In this document: positions 23,049 to 32,152 of the stretch, piece after piece
Layout: the number at the start of each line of letters is the position of its first letter
Numbering within the stretch: the stretch's first letter is position 1
Source of the DNA: Candidatus Limnocylindrales bacterium
GTDB lineage: Bacteria > Chloroflexota > Limnocylindria > Limnocylindrales > CSP1-4
Assembly: GCA_036556145.1 (NCBI GenBank)
Contig: DATBKB010000013.1
Coordinates: 1,951-65,950, forward strand
Length of the DNA stretch: 64,000 bases
Reading direction: 5' to 3'
Position numbers and translations under genes: made by a program
The notes under the pieces: model-generated
What the model was told of the DNA's origin: nothing
The model's input: the letters and a program-made list of their open reading frames with translations, nothing else
Database searches by the model: none

Positions 23049-24818
23049 GTGGCCGATGCCCGCTATCGCTGGGTCGTTCCGGCGCCCGTCACCGTTGACC
23101 CGGCGGTGGTCGAGGCGGGTCGCCGTGCCGGGCTGTCGGATCGTCTGATCGGGCTGCTCGCCGCGCGCGGCATCGCCGACGCCACGGAGATCGAGCGCTT
23201 CGTTGGCCCGCCGGCGGCGGGCCTGCACGACCCGTGGCGGCTCCCGGACGCGGCCGCGTTCGTCGAGCGAGTCGAGCGAGCCCGATCGGCGGGCGAGCAA
23301 GTGATGGTCTTCGGCGACTTCGACGCGGACGGCCTCACCGGTCTTGCGATCGTCGTGCGAGCGCTGCGCGCGCGCGGCATCGACGTCGTGCCGTACGTGC
23401 CGAGCCGCATCGACGAGGGCCACGGGCTGTCCCGGGCGGCGATCGACGCGGCGATCGCGGCCTCCGTGTCGGTCATTGTCACGGTCGACTGCGGATCGAC
23501 GAGCGGGCCCGAGATCGCCGAGGCGGCCGGGCAGGGGATCGACGTGCTCGTCACCGACCACCATCGGGTCCCGGCCGACCCACCGCCGGCGGCGGCGCTC
23601 GTCAACCCGCACCGGCCCGACTCCGCGTACCCCGATCGACGCCTGTCCGGCGCCGGCGTCGCGTTCAAGGTGGCCGCCCTCCTCACCGGCGATGCGGCGC
23701 ACGACGACGCGGACCTTGCGACGATCGGTGCCGTTTCGGACGTCGCGCCGATCCTGGGCGAGAACCGGGCGATCGCGCGCCTCGGACTCGAGCGCATCCG
23801 GACCGCACCGCGGCCCGGGATCGCGGCGTTGCTGGCCCGCGCCGGCGTGGACCACGCCCAGGCGGACCTCGAGACAATCGGCTTCGCGGTCGCGCCCCGA
23901 CTCAACGCCGCGGGTCGGGTGGGGGAGGCGCTCGACGCCGCGCGGCTCCTGCTCGCCGAGGACCCTGCCGAGGCGGCGGCGCTCGCGGAGGCACTCGAAG
24001 CGGCAAATCGCACGCGTCGCGATCTCATGCGGGTCGCCGTCGACGAAGCGCGTGCCCTAATCCCCGTGGATCTCGCGGAGCCGGCGGTCGTCGTCCGCGG
24101 CGACTGGCCGGTCGGCATCGTCGGGCTCGTCGCGTCCCGGCTCGCCGAGGACCTGGGGCGCCCGGCGATCGTCGGCGCGAACCTCGGCGGCACCGTTCGG
24201 GCGTCGTGCCGGAGCGATGGGCGGCTCGACCTCGCCGCGACGCTCGAATCCTGCGCCGACCTCTTCACCCGGCACGGTGGCCATGCCGGCGCGGCCGGCT
24301 TCGAGCTGCCGGTCGATGCCTGGGATGCGTTCCGCGGCCGCTTCCTCGCGCTCGCGGCGGCCGGCGTCGCGGCGGAGACGGACCCGAGACGGGCGCTGCG
24401 CGTCGACCTCGTGCTGCCGGCCATGGAGGTGGACTACGCCCTGCTTCGCGAGCTGGGCTCGCTCGCACCGTGCGGCTCCGGCAATCCCGAGCCGCTCGTG
24501 GCCATCCTCGGCCTCACGGTCACCCGTGTCCGCGCCGCAAGCGGCGGCCACTCGCAGCTGACGCTGCGACGGACGCTGGACGTCCTCGACGGCATTGCGT
24601 TCGATCGCGCCGACCTCGCGGAATCGATCCGCGAAGGCGACCGCGTCGACGTCGTCGGCCGCGTCATGAGCCGTCGATTCGGCGGCTACGAGTCCCTCCA
24701 GGTCGAGATCCGGGACGTCGCGACTTCCGGCACGGCGATCGAGGCGCCACGCGTCGCGCTCCCCGTGGCGCCTGCGGTCGCGCTGGCGGATCCGCTGCTC
24801 GCGGGCGGCGCCTCGTGA
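23049..24818 (+). CDS. recJ: single-stranded-DNA-specific exonuclease RecJ
   Basis: DHH motifs (VMVFGDFDADGLTG, VTVDCGS, LVTDHH) and DHHA1 (GGHAGAAGF). The start is uncertain: the track ORF begins at 22929, inside secF. The GTG at 23049 was chosen because of the leaderless geometry. Confidence 0.9.
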   Translation: MADARYRWVVPAPVTVDPAVVEAGRRAGLSDRLIGLLAARGIADATEIERFVGPPAAGLHDPWRLPDAAAFVERVERARSAGEQVMVFGDFDADGLTGLAIVVRALRARGIDVVPYVPSRIDEGHGLSRAAIDAAIAASVSVIVTVDCGSTSGPEIAEAAGQGIDVLVTDHHRVPADPPPAAALVNPHRPDSAYPDRRLSGAGVAFKVAALLTGDAAHDDADLATIGAVSDVAPILGENRAIARLGLERIRTAPRPGIAALLARAGVDHAQADLETIGFAVAPRLNAAGRVGEALDAARLLLAEDPAEAAALAEALEAANRTRRDLMRVAVDEARALIPVDLAEPAVVVRGDWPVGIVGLVASRLAEDLGRPAIVGANLGGTVRASCRSDGRLDLAATLESCADLFTRHGGHAGAAGFELPVDAWDAFRGRFLALAAAGVAAETDPRRALRVDLVLPAMEVDYALLRELGSLAPCGSGNPEPLVAILGLTVTRVRAASGGHSQLTLRRTLDVLDGIAFDRADLAESIREGDRVDVVGRVMSRRFGGYESLQVEIRDVATSGTAIEAPRVALPVAPAVALADPLLAGGAS

Positions 24819-26056
24819 CCGGACGCGCGGACCCCGGCCGCGGCACGCGAGAGACGGCCGGTCGCGGCCTGTCGGTCGACGACGTCGCGCCGCCGCTGAT
24901 CGCGGGGTTCGGGCTCGCGCTCGTCGCCTGGCTGACGCTCGGCTTGCTGACCGGCAACCTGCCGCTGCCCGGCGGGTCGAACGGTGGCAACGGGCCGATC
25001 GCCGGACGCACGCCGGCGCCGTCGAACGTCGTCGTCGTCCCCCCGGCGCCGTTCGAGGTCGAGGGCCAGATCGTCTACGTCAAGGCGGGCAACGTCTGGA
25101 TCCAGTCCGGGCGCAGCGCCAGGCAGCTCACGTCGACGGGTCGGGCGTCGATGCCGTCGTTCTCCCCGGACGGCCGGTGGGTGTACTACGTCGAGACCGT
25201 CGACGAGATCGGCCGGCACCGGCCGAGCGCCGGGGACCGGCTGCGTCGCTATGCCATGACTGTCCCGAACGTCATGCGGACGCGCACCGACGGCACCGGC
25301 GAGCCGGAGCGGATCGCGACGGGCCGCTACCGGTCCGGCGGCGAGCTCTGGTTCTATTGGCTGCGCCAGCCGGTGCTGTCGCCCGACGGCCGCACGCTTG
25401 CCGTCCTCTCCGACGGGCCGAGCCCGACGCGGACGAATGTCGTCGTCCAGTTCATCGACGTCGAGACGAAGGCGATGACGAACCCGCGCCTCCCGCAGAA
25501 CGCGCCGCTCGGCCACCAGGACCCGGCGTGGCGGCCGGACGGTCGCAGCCTGCTGTTCGTCCGCAACGGGCGCGACGGCGCGCGGGGAACGCCGTCGATC
25601 ATGCGATACAACCCGGCGACGAAGGCGGTGTCGGCCCTGACCGGTCCGGGCTACCTGTCGCCATCGTGGTCGCGCAACCTCCAGTACGTCGCCGCGACGC
25701 GAACCGACGGGTTCGGCACCGACGTCGTGATCCTCGACGCCCGGACGGGCGCCGAGCTCCTCCGGCTGACCCGTGACGACCGGTCGTGGGCACCGGTCTG
25801 GTCGCCCCGCGGCGACGCGATTGCCTACCTCCACATGGAGGCCGGCATCGTCGACCTGAAGCTCGTGAAGCTCGAGGGCACCGGGCCGGCGTGGACCGTC
25901 GGCGAGACGATCGACCTGACCGAGCTGTCCGGGCTCGACGGCGGATCCCGGCCGTACTGGTTCGTTCCGCCCGAGAACCTGCCGCCGCTTCCGACGGCAG
26001 CGCCCCCGTCTCCGCCAGCCGGCTCGGCCGGGGCGCCGGCCTCCACCGCACCGTGA
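24815..26056 (+). CDS. membrane-anchored TolB-like WD40/PD40 beta-propeller protein
   Basis: A GTG at 24815 overlaps the recJ stop (GTGA). One TM segment (LIAGFGLALVAWLTLGLL) is followed by repeated PD40-type motifs (FSPDGRWVYYV, LSPDGRTLAVLSD, WRPDGRSLLFV, WSPRGDAIAYL). Confidence 0.75.
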   Translation: MTGRADPGRGTRETAGRGLSVDDVAPPLIAGFGLALVAWLTLGLLTGNLPLPGGSNGGNGPIAGRTPAPSNVVVVPPAPFEVEGQIVYVKAGNVWIQSGRSARQLTSTGRASMPSFSPDGRWVYYVETVDEIGRHRPSAGDRLRRYAMTVPNVMRTRTDGTGEPERIATGRYRSGGELWFYWLRQPVLSPDGRTLAVLSDGPSPTRTNVVVQFIDVETKAMTNPRLPQNAPLGHQDPAWRPDGRSLLFVRNGRDGARGTPSIMRYNPATKAVSALTGPGYLSPSWSRNLQYVAATRTDGFGTDVVILDARTGAELLRLTRDDRSWAPVWSPRGDAIAYLHMEAGIVDLKLVKLEGTGPAWTVGETIDLTELSGLDGGSRPYWFVPPENLPPLPTAAPPSPPAGSAGAPASTAP

Positions 26057-26925
26057 TCGACGTGCCCGTCGCCGGCTACCTCGACCGGCTCGCGGCTCGA
26101 AGCGGCGCGGTGGGGTCCGTGCTGTGCCTTGGCCTCGACCCCGATCCGGCCTCGCTGCCGGCGGGTTTCCGGCCGGACGTCAAGGGCATCGAGGCGTTTG
26201 CGGCGCTCGTCCTCGAGGCGGCCGCGCCGAGCGCGGCTGCCGTCAAGCCGAACCTGGCGTTCTTCGAGGCATTCGGATCGGCCGGGCTCGCCGCGCTCGA
26301 GCGGGTCCGCGCCCGCGTTCCGGCCGGCGTCCCGGTCGTGATCGACGCCAAGCGCGGCGACATCGGGACGACGGCGGCGCGTCACGCGGCGGCCCTCTTC
26401 GACGCGCTCGGCGCCGACGCCGTCACCGTGAGCCCGTATCTCGGCGAAGCGGCGATCGCGCCGCTCCTCGAGCGGCTCGATCGGTTCGCCTACGTGCTCT
26501 GCCGGACCTCGAACCCGGGCGCGGGCGAGCTCCAGGACCTCGTCGTGGCCGAGGACGGCGGAGTGCCTGCGGAGCCGCTGTGGGCGCGTGTCGCCCGGCG
26601 CGCCGCGCACTGGGGCGCGGGCGGAACGGTCGGCCTCGTGGTGGGCGCCACGGCGGCGGCGGAGCTCCGTGTGGTGCGCGAGATCGCGCCGGCGCTGCCG
26701 GTGCTGGTCCCCGGGGTCGGCGCCCAGGGCGGCGATGTCGAGGCCACGCTGGCGCACGGTCCCGCGACCGCGGGCGACGCCGCCAGGGCGCCGGGACGGG
26801 GCCTGCTCGTCAACGTCTCGCGGGGCATCGCGGCGGCGGCGCTCGAGGGCCCGCCGGACGAGGCGGGCACGCGCGTCGAGAGGGCCGCCCGCGAATGGGC
26901 GGCGCGACTCGCTGTGCTAGGCTAA
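26053..26925 (+). CDS. pyrF: orotidine-5'-phosphate decarboxylase (long, type 2 form)
   Basis: A GTG at 26053 overlaps the upstream stop (GTGA). LCLGLDPD, VKPNLAFFE, VIDAKRGDIGTT and RTSNPGA are present. Confidence 0.9.
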   Translation: MIDVPVAGYLDRLAARSGAVGSVLCLGLDPDPASLPAGFRPDVKGIEAFAALVLEAAAPSAAAVKPNLAFFEAFGSAGLAALERVRARVPAGVPVVIDAKRGDIGTTAARHAAALFDALGADAVTVSPYLGEAAIAPLLERLDRFAYVLCRTSNPGAGELQDLVVAEDGGVPAEPLWARVARRAAHWGAGGTVGLVVGATAAAELRVVREIAPALPVLVPGVGAQGGDVEATLAHGPATAGDAARAPGRGLLVNVSRGIAAAALEGPPDEAGTRVERAAREWAARLAVLG

Positions 26926-26994
26926 CTCGGCGTCGAGCGAGGCCATCCGTCGAAGCTGCTGAGGCCCGGCGTACCGAAGGGGAGCGAGCCACCC

Positions 26995-27240
26995 ATGCCA
27001 ATGCCAGGACCCTTCGAGCTCATCGTGATCCTCGTGATCGCGCTGCTCATCCTCGGCCCCGGCAAGCTGCCGGACGTGGGATCCGCGCTCGGCCGGAGCA
27101 TTCGCGAGTTCCGCAAGGCGTCTTCCGACATCCAGGACGCGACGCGCGTCGACACCTCGCCGCTGCCGCCGAGCCAGACCCCGACGGCGGCCGTCCAGCC
27201 GCCGACGTCGACCGAGCCGACCGCCGAGACGAAGCGCTAG
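26995..27240 (+). CDS. tatA: twin-arginine translocase TatA/TatE
   Basis: GPFELIVILVIALLILGPGKLPDVGSALGRSIREFRKA is the canonical TatA TM plus amphipathic helix. GAAGGGGA lies upstream. Confidence 0.93.
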   Translation: MPMPGPFELIVILVIALLILGPGKLPDVGSALGRSIREFRKASSDIQDATRVDTSPLPPSQTPTAAVQPPTSTEPTAETKR

Positions 27241-27258
27241 CGTCGGGCGCGCCAGCCG

Positions 27259-28086
27259 ATGGCCGACGCCGACGCCCGGCCGGGACCGGGCCTCACGCCC
27301 AGCACCACCGCGGTCTCGCCGCCGGTGGTCACCCAGCCCGTTCCGTCCGCCCCGACTCCGACGCCGCCTGCCGCGACGCCCGCGGTCGACGAGACGGTCA
27401 TGTCGCTCGTCGACCATCTCGAGGAGCTCCGGAGCCGGCTCGTCAGGACCATCATCGCGGTCCTCGTCGGATCGATCGTCGGGTTCGCCTTCGGCGACCA
27501 GATCATCTCGTTCCTGAAGTCGCCGATCCCGGGCGACGCCCCACTCTTCTTCACCGGACTCGGCGATCCGTTCGTCATCCGGATGAAGATCGGCCTCGTC
27601 GTCGGGATCATCCTCGCGATGCCGGTGATCCTCTACCAGGTCTGGGCGTTCGTCGCGCCGGGCCTGACGCCCCGGGAACGGGAGACCGTGCGGCCGTGGA
27701 TCCCGATGGCCCTCGGTTTCTTCGCCCTCGGCGTCGCGATCGCCTATCTCGTCCTGCCGTTCGCGGCCCAGTTCCTGCTGAGCTTCACGACGACGGACCT
27801 CCAGCCGCTCATCACGGCCGGTGCCTACTTCGACTTCGTGACGACGATGTTCCTCGCCTTCGGGCTCGTCATGGAGTTCCCGATCCTGCTCTTCGGCCTC
27901 TCGCGCGTCGGCATCCTCACCTCGGAACGACTTCGCGCCGCGCGCCGGTACGTCATCCTCGGGATCGCGATCTTCTCGGCCGTCGCCACGCCCGGCGGCG
28001 ATCTCGTCAGCCCGTTCGTCCTCGGTGGGACGATGTACCTGCTCTACGAGGCGACGACGCTGCTGATCCGCCGAAGCGGTCGCTGA
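27259..28086 (+). CDS. tatC: twin-arginine translocase subunit TatC
   Basis: MSLVDHLEELRSRLVR... followed by 6 TM segments. The first roughly 47 aa (a Pro/Thr-rich extension) may not be translated; the alternative ATG is at 27400. Confidence 0.92.
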   Translation: MADADARPGPGLTPSTTAVSPPVVTQPVPSAPTPTPPAATPAVDETVMSLVDHLEELRSRLVRTIIAVLVGSIVGFAFGDQIISFLKSPIPGDAPLFFTGLGDPFVIRMKIGLVVGIILAMPVILYQVWAFVAPGLTPRERETVRPWIPMALGFFALGVAIAYLVLPFAAQFLLSFTTTDLQPLITAGAYFDFVTTMFLAFGLVMEFPILLFGLSRVGILTSERLRAARRYVILGIAIFSAVATPGGDLVSPFVLGGTMYLLYEATTLLIRRSGR

Positions 28087-28093
28087 GCGGCGC

Positions 28094-28099
28094 TATGCT
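28094..28099 (+). promoter_or_regulatory. putative -10 hexamer (TATGCT) of leaderless rapZ
   Basis: TATGCT is followed by 6 nt (gcggcc) and the ATG at 28106. Confidence 0.4.
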
Positions 28100-28105
28100 G
28101 CGGCC

Positions 28106-29080
28106 ATGACCACGGTCCAGCGGCCGGCCGGGGAGCGGCGCGTCGCGGAGCGTCGAAGCCTCCGGCCCCGTCGGTCGCAGCGGCCGGCCGTTCACGCCGC
28201 CGGGTGGGGCGACGACGAGCAGCACGTCGTCATCCTCACCGGCCTCTCCGGCGGCGGGAAGACGGCGGCGGCAAAGCTCTTCGAGGACCTCGGCTACACG
28301 GTGGTCGACAACCTCCCCGGTGAGCTCCTGCCGAGCCTCGCCGAGCTCGTGTCGTCCGACCCGGGGCGCTTTGCCCGCGTGGCGATCGTCCTCGACGTCC
28401 GCTCCGGCGACGCGATGCTGGCCTTCGCCGCGATGCGTGGCGCGCTCGAGGGGCGAGGGATCCGGCCGCAGGTGTTCTTCCTCGAGGCGCGCGACGAGGT
28501 GCTGATCCGCCGATTCTCGGAGACGCGGCACCGCCACCCGCTGGCCGACCAGCGCGGCATCGCCAGCTCGATCGCCGAGGAGCGCCGGCTCCTCGAACCG
28601 CTGCGGGTCGAGGCCGACGTCGTCGTCGACACGTCGGACCTCTCGCTGCGGGAGCTCAAGGAGAAGATCTTCAGCCGCCTCGGCGACGCGACGGGTCCCG
28701 AGTCGATCGCGATCCAGCTCATCAGCTTCGGCTACAAGTTCGGGGTTCCGCTCGAGGCCGACCTCGTGTTCGACGTCCGGTTCATGCAGAACCCGTACTA
28801 CGTCGACGAGCTTCGTCAGCTGTCCGGCCTGACCGACCCGGTGAAGGCGTACGTCATGGAGCAGCCGGTCGCGGCGAAGTTCTTCGACGCCCTGCGGGAG
28901 CTCCTCGAGCTCTCCGTTCCGGCCTATATCTCCGAGGGCAAGACCAGGCTGACGATCGCCATCGGATGCACCGGCGGCTACCACCGCTCGATCGTCCTGA
29001 CCGAAGAGCTGGCCACGTGGCTCCGCGAGCGGGGGTTCGGCCCGGTCGCGGTGTTCCACCGGGAGCTCGACCGCCGGTGA
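28106..29080 (+). CDS. rapZ: RNase adapter / nucleotide-binding protein RapZ (YvcJ family)
   Basis: VVILTGLSGGGKTAAAKLFEDLGYTVVDNLP, RFSETRHRHPL and a C-terminal GCTGGYHRS motif. It has an Arg-rich N-terminal extension of about 45 aa. Confidence 0.92.
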   Translation: MTTVQRPAGERRVAERRSLRPRRSQRPAVHAAGWGDDEQHVVILTGLSGGGKTAAAKLFEDLGYTVVDNLPGELLPSLAELVSSDPGRFARVAIVLDVRSGDAMLAFAAMRGALEGRGIRPQVFFLEARDEVLIRRFSETRHRHPLADQRGIASSIAEERRLLEPLRVEADVVVDTSDLSLRELKEKIFSRLGDATGPESIAIQLISFGYKFGVPLEADLVFDVRFMQNPYYVDELRQLSGLTDPVKAYVMEQPVAAKFFDALRELLELSVPAYISEGKTRLTIAIGCTGGYHRSIVLTEELATWLRERGFGPVAVFHRELDRR

Positions 29081-29117
29081 CCGCCACGATGCCGGCCCCC
29101 GGTCCGTCGAAGCGGCG

Positions 29118-30497
29118 ATGAACCTGCGCCGCTGGCTCACCCCCGGCATCGGCATCAAGCGCTGGGTGCTGGTCGCCTTCGCCGGGCTGCTGCTGCTCGC
29201 GCTCGCAGCGGCCCACATGATCCGGCAGGCGACGCAGGACCTCGAGCCGGGCGGTGTCGCCCAATTCATCCTCGACCTCGTGACGTTCCAGTTCCTGCCG
29301 TACCCGCTGCGTGGCTTCCTCGTCGGTCTCGTCGGGTTCTCGCTGTTCGCGTTCGGCTCGCTGCGGCTCCTGCGAGCGCTCATGGCGCCATTCCGCACCT
29401 CGGCCGACGGCGATCAACCGCTCGTCGAGGTCATCTACCAGAAGCGCTTCCTCGCCCGCGGTCCGAAGATCGTCGCCATCGGCGGCGGGACGGGGCTCTC
29501 GATGCTCCTGCGCGGGCTCAAGGAGCACACGAGCAACCTCACCGCGGTCGTCACGGTCGCCGACGACGGCGGCTCGTCGGGCTCGCTCCGGACCCAGCTC
29601 GGGATCCCGCCGGTCGGCGACATCCGCAACTGCATCGCGGCCCTCGCCGACGCCGAGCCGCTGATGAGCCAGCTCCTGCAGTACCGGTTCCCGGGCTCGA
29701 GTGGCGGCGACGGGGGCAACGCTTCGCCCGAGCCTCCCGAAGCGAACGGCGCCCGGCTGGCCGAGGACGGCGGCCTGCGCGGTCACGCCGTCGGCAACCT
29801 TCTCATCGCGGCGCTCACCGCGATCGAGAACGGCGACTTCGAGGAGGGTGTCCGGCGGATGAACCGCGTCCTCGCCGTCCGCGGCCAGGTGCTGCCGGTG
29901 TCGTCGACCCCGCTGACGCTCCACGCGCGACTCAACAGCAGCGAGGTCATCGAGGGCCAGTCGCGGGTGACGCTCGCGACCGGCATCGACCGCGTGTGGC
30001 TGACGCCGACCGAGGTCGCCGCATCGGAGGATGCCGTTGCCGCGATCGCCGAGGCGGACCTCATCGTCCTGGGACCGGGCAGCCTCTACACGAGCCTGCT
30101 GCCGAGCCTGTTGCTGCCGCAGATTCGCGACGCGGTCATCGCATCGCCGGCCCTCCGCGTCTACGTCTGCAATGTCGCGACGCAACGGGGCGAGACGGCC
30201 GGCTACGACCTCGCCGACCACGTCGAGGCGCTCGTGTCGCACACCTCGCCGGGAATCGTCGACGTCGTCCTCGCGAACAACCGCTTCAGCGCCCGCGTCC
30301 CGGCGTCGTGGACCGCCGAGCCGGTGCGGCTCCGGTGGCCCCCGGCGGGCGGGCAGGGCCCCCGACTCGTGCTCGACGAGGTCGTCGACCCGGACAACGC
30401 CCATCACCACGAGCCCGAGCGCCTCGCCGCGTCCATCGTTCGCCTCCTCGAGCGCGAGGGCTCGCGGCGGCGGGCGGGCGTCGCTCGCACGGCCTGA
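29118..30497 (+). CDS. yvcK: YvcK/CuvA-like gluconeogenesis factor (CofD-related) with an N-terminal membrane extension
   Basis: KIVAIGGGTGLSMLLRGLK...VVTVADDGGSSGSLR...GPGSLYTSLLPSLL. It is preceded by about 100 aa with 2-3 hydrophobic segments. Confidence 0.88.
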   Translation: MNLRRWLTPGIGIKRWVLVAFAGLLLLALAAAHMIRQATQDLEPGGVAQFILDLVTFQFLPYPLRGFLVGLVGFSLFAFGSLRLLRALMAPFRTSADGDQPLVEVIYQKRFLARGPKIVAIGGGTGLSMLLRGLKEHTSNLTAVVTVADDGGSSGSLRTQLGIPPVGDIRNCIAALADAEPLMSQLLQYRFPGSSGGDGGNASPEPPEANGARLAEDGGLRGHAVGNLLIAALTAIENGDFEEGVRRMNRVLAVRGQVLPVSSTPLTLHARLNSSEVIEGQSRVTLATGIDRVWLTPTEVAASEDAVAAIAEADLIVLGPGSLYTSLLPSLLLPQIRDAVIASPALRVYVCNVATQRGETAGYDLADHVEALVSHTSPGIVDVVLANNRFSARVPASWTAEPVRLRWPPAGGQGPRLVLDEVVDPDNAHHHEPERLAASIVRLLEREGSRRRAGVARTA

Positions 30498-31331
30498 GTG
30501 AGCCGAGCGGAACGCGACCTCGTCGCGGCGCTGCGGGCCGAGATCGCGGCCATCGACCCGGCGCGCCCGTGCGACCGCCGGGCGGAGTCGGCGGGCCTCG
30601 AGGGCGCGCTGGTTGGCCGGCGGGCGGTCGTCGACCGGCTCCTCGTCCGTCTGAGCCGCACCGCCGACGGGACGCTGGCCGGTCACCGGTCCGCGGCGGT
30701 CTTCAGCTGGTCGACGGCGCCGGACCACTGCCGGACGGCGTGGCTCCGGGGCCGGTTCCTCGCGCGGGGCTCGCTGAGCCTCGCCTCCGGGCGGACGCAT
30801 CTCGAGTTCGTCGTCCCACCGGAGGAGGCGCCGGTGCTGGCGGCTCGGCTCGGCGAAATCGGGCTGCCGGCCGCGGCGCGCGTCCGTCGCGGCCGCGGCG
30901 TCGTGACGTGGAAGAACGCCGACACCGTCGGCACGTTCCTGCGGCGGATCGGTGCGAGCGCCTCGCTCCTCGAGGTCGAGGCCCGGCAGGTGTCGCGGGC
31001 GATGCGGGGCGACCTCAACCGCGTGCTCAACGCGGAATCGGCGAACCTCAATCGGGCCGTTGGAGCGGCTGGACGCCAGATCGCGGCGATCGACCTCCTC
31101 GACGCGGACGGCCGCCTCGCCACGCAGCCCGACACCGTGCGGCTGGTTGCCGACGCTCGCCGCGAGACGCCGGAGGCGACCCTCGCCGAGCTGGCGGAGC
31201 GCCTCGGCCTGCACCGGTCGGCGGTCCAGCGCGCGCTCGAGCGCCTCGAGCGCGTGGCCCTGATCTCGGGCGTACGGCGTCGCCGGACCGGCACGTCCGA
31301 CCTCGGCGAGGGAGCGACAGCTCGACGCTGA
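30498..31331 (+). CDS. whiA: DNA-binding protein WhiA
   Basis: Position after rapZ-yvcK. It has a LAGLIDADG-like middle region and a C-terminal HTH (TLAELAERLGLHRSAVQRALERLE). At 277 aa it is somewhat short. Confidence 0.8.
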   Translation: MSRAERDLVAALRAEIAAIDPARPCDRRAESAGLEGALVGRRAVVDRLLVRLSRTADGTLAGHRSAAVFSWSTAPDHCRTAWLRGRFLARGSLSLASGRTHLEFVVPPEEAPVLAARLGEIGLPAAARVRRGRGVVTWKNADTVGTFLRRIGASASLLEVEARQVSRAMRGDLNRVLNAESANLNRAVGAAGRQIAAIDLLDADGRLATQPDTVRLVADARRETPEATLAELAERLGLHRSAVQRALERLERVALISGVRRRRTGTSDLGEGATARR

Positions 31332-31357
31332 GGGTCGGCGTTCGGCATGATGCGGCG

Positions 31358-32152
31358 ATGCGACCGGTGATCATCGCGGCGAACTGGAAGATGCATACGA
31401 CCCCGGCCGACGCGGGCGAGCTTGCACGGACGATCGCCGCGCGCACGCGCGAGCCGGAGGTCGTCCGCGTCATCTGCCCGCCGTATGTCTGCCTCGCGGC
31501 CGTGAACCAGGCGCTCGCCGGCGAGTCGGTCGCGGTCGGCGCGCAGAACGTCCATCACGAGCTGCAGGGCGCCTTCACCGGCGAAGTCTCCGCCCCGATG
31601 CTCGCCGGTCTCGCGACCTGGGTCATCGTCGGCCACTCGGAGCGGCGCCGCGACGCGAAGGAAACGGACGAGCTCGTGGGCCGGAAGCTCGGCCGCGCCG
31701 TCGATGCCGGCCTGCGGCCGATCCTCTGCGTCGGCGAGCAGCTCGAGGAGCGCGACGCCGGCCGGGCCGAGGCGGTCGTCGGCCATCAGCTGCGAATCAG
31801 CCTGCGCGACCACGAGCCGCCTCGCCTCGCGGACGGCGGGCTCGTCATCGCGTACGAGCCGGTTTGGGCGATCGGGACGGGACGGAACGCGCGCGGCGTC
31901 GACGCGGCCACGATGGCCGGCGTCGTGCGGGCCACGTTGGTCGCGGTCGGGTGGGGGAGCGCGGCCGCGGACGTGCCGGTGCTCTACGGCGGCAGCGTCA
32001 CCTCGGCGAACATCGGCGAATTCCTCGCCGAGCCGGCGATCGACGGCGCACTCGTCGGCGGCGCGTCACTCAAGCCGGACGAGATGGCCGGCATCGTCGC
32101 CCGCGCGGGCGTCACCGCGCGAGCCAGGCTCGGCCAAGCAGCGGCCTCGTGA
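31358..32152 (+). CDS. tpiA: triosephosphate isomerase
   Basis: MRPVIIAANWKMH..., GAFTGEVS, VIVGHSERR, AYEPVWAIGTG and YGGSV are present. The ATG at 31358 is in-frame within track ORF 29996..32152. Confidence 0.96.
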   Translation: MRPVIIAANWKMHTTPADAGELARTIAARTREPEVVRVICPPYVCLAAVNQALAGESVAVGAQNVHHELQGAFTGEVSAPMLAGLATWVIVGHSERRRDAKETDELVGRKLGRAVDAGLRPILCVGEQLEERDAGRAEAVVGHQLRISLRDHEPPRLADGGLVIAYEPVWAIGTGRNARGVDAATMAGVVRATLVAVGWGSAAADVPVLYGGSVTSANIGEFLAEPAIDGALVGGASLKPDEMAGIVARAGVTARARLGQAAAS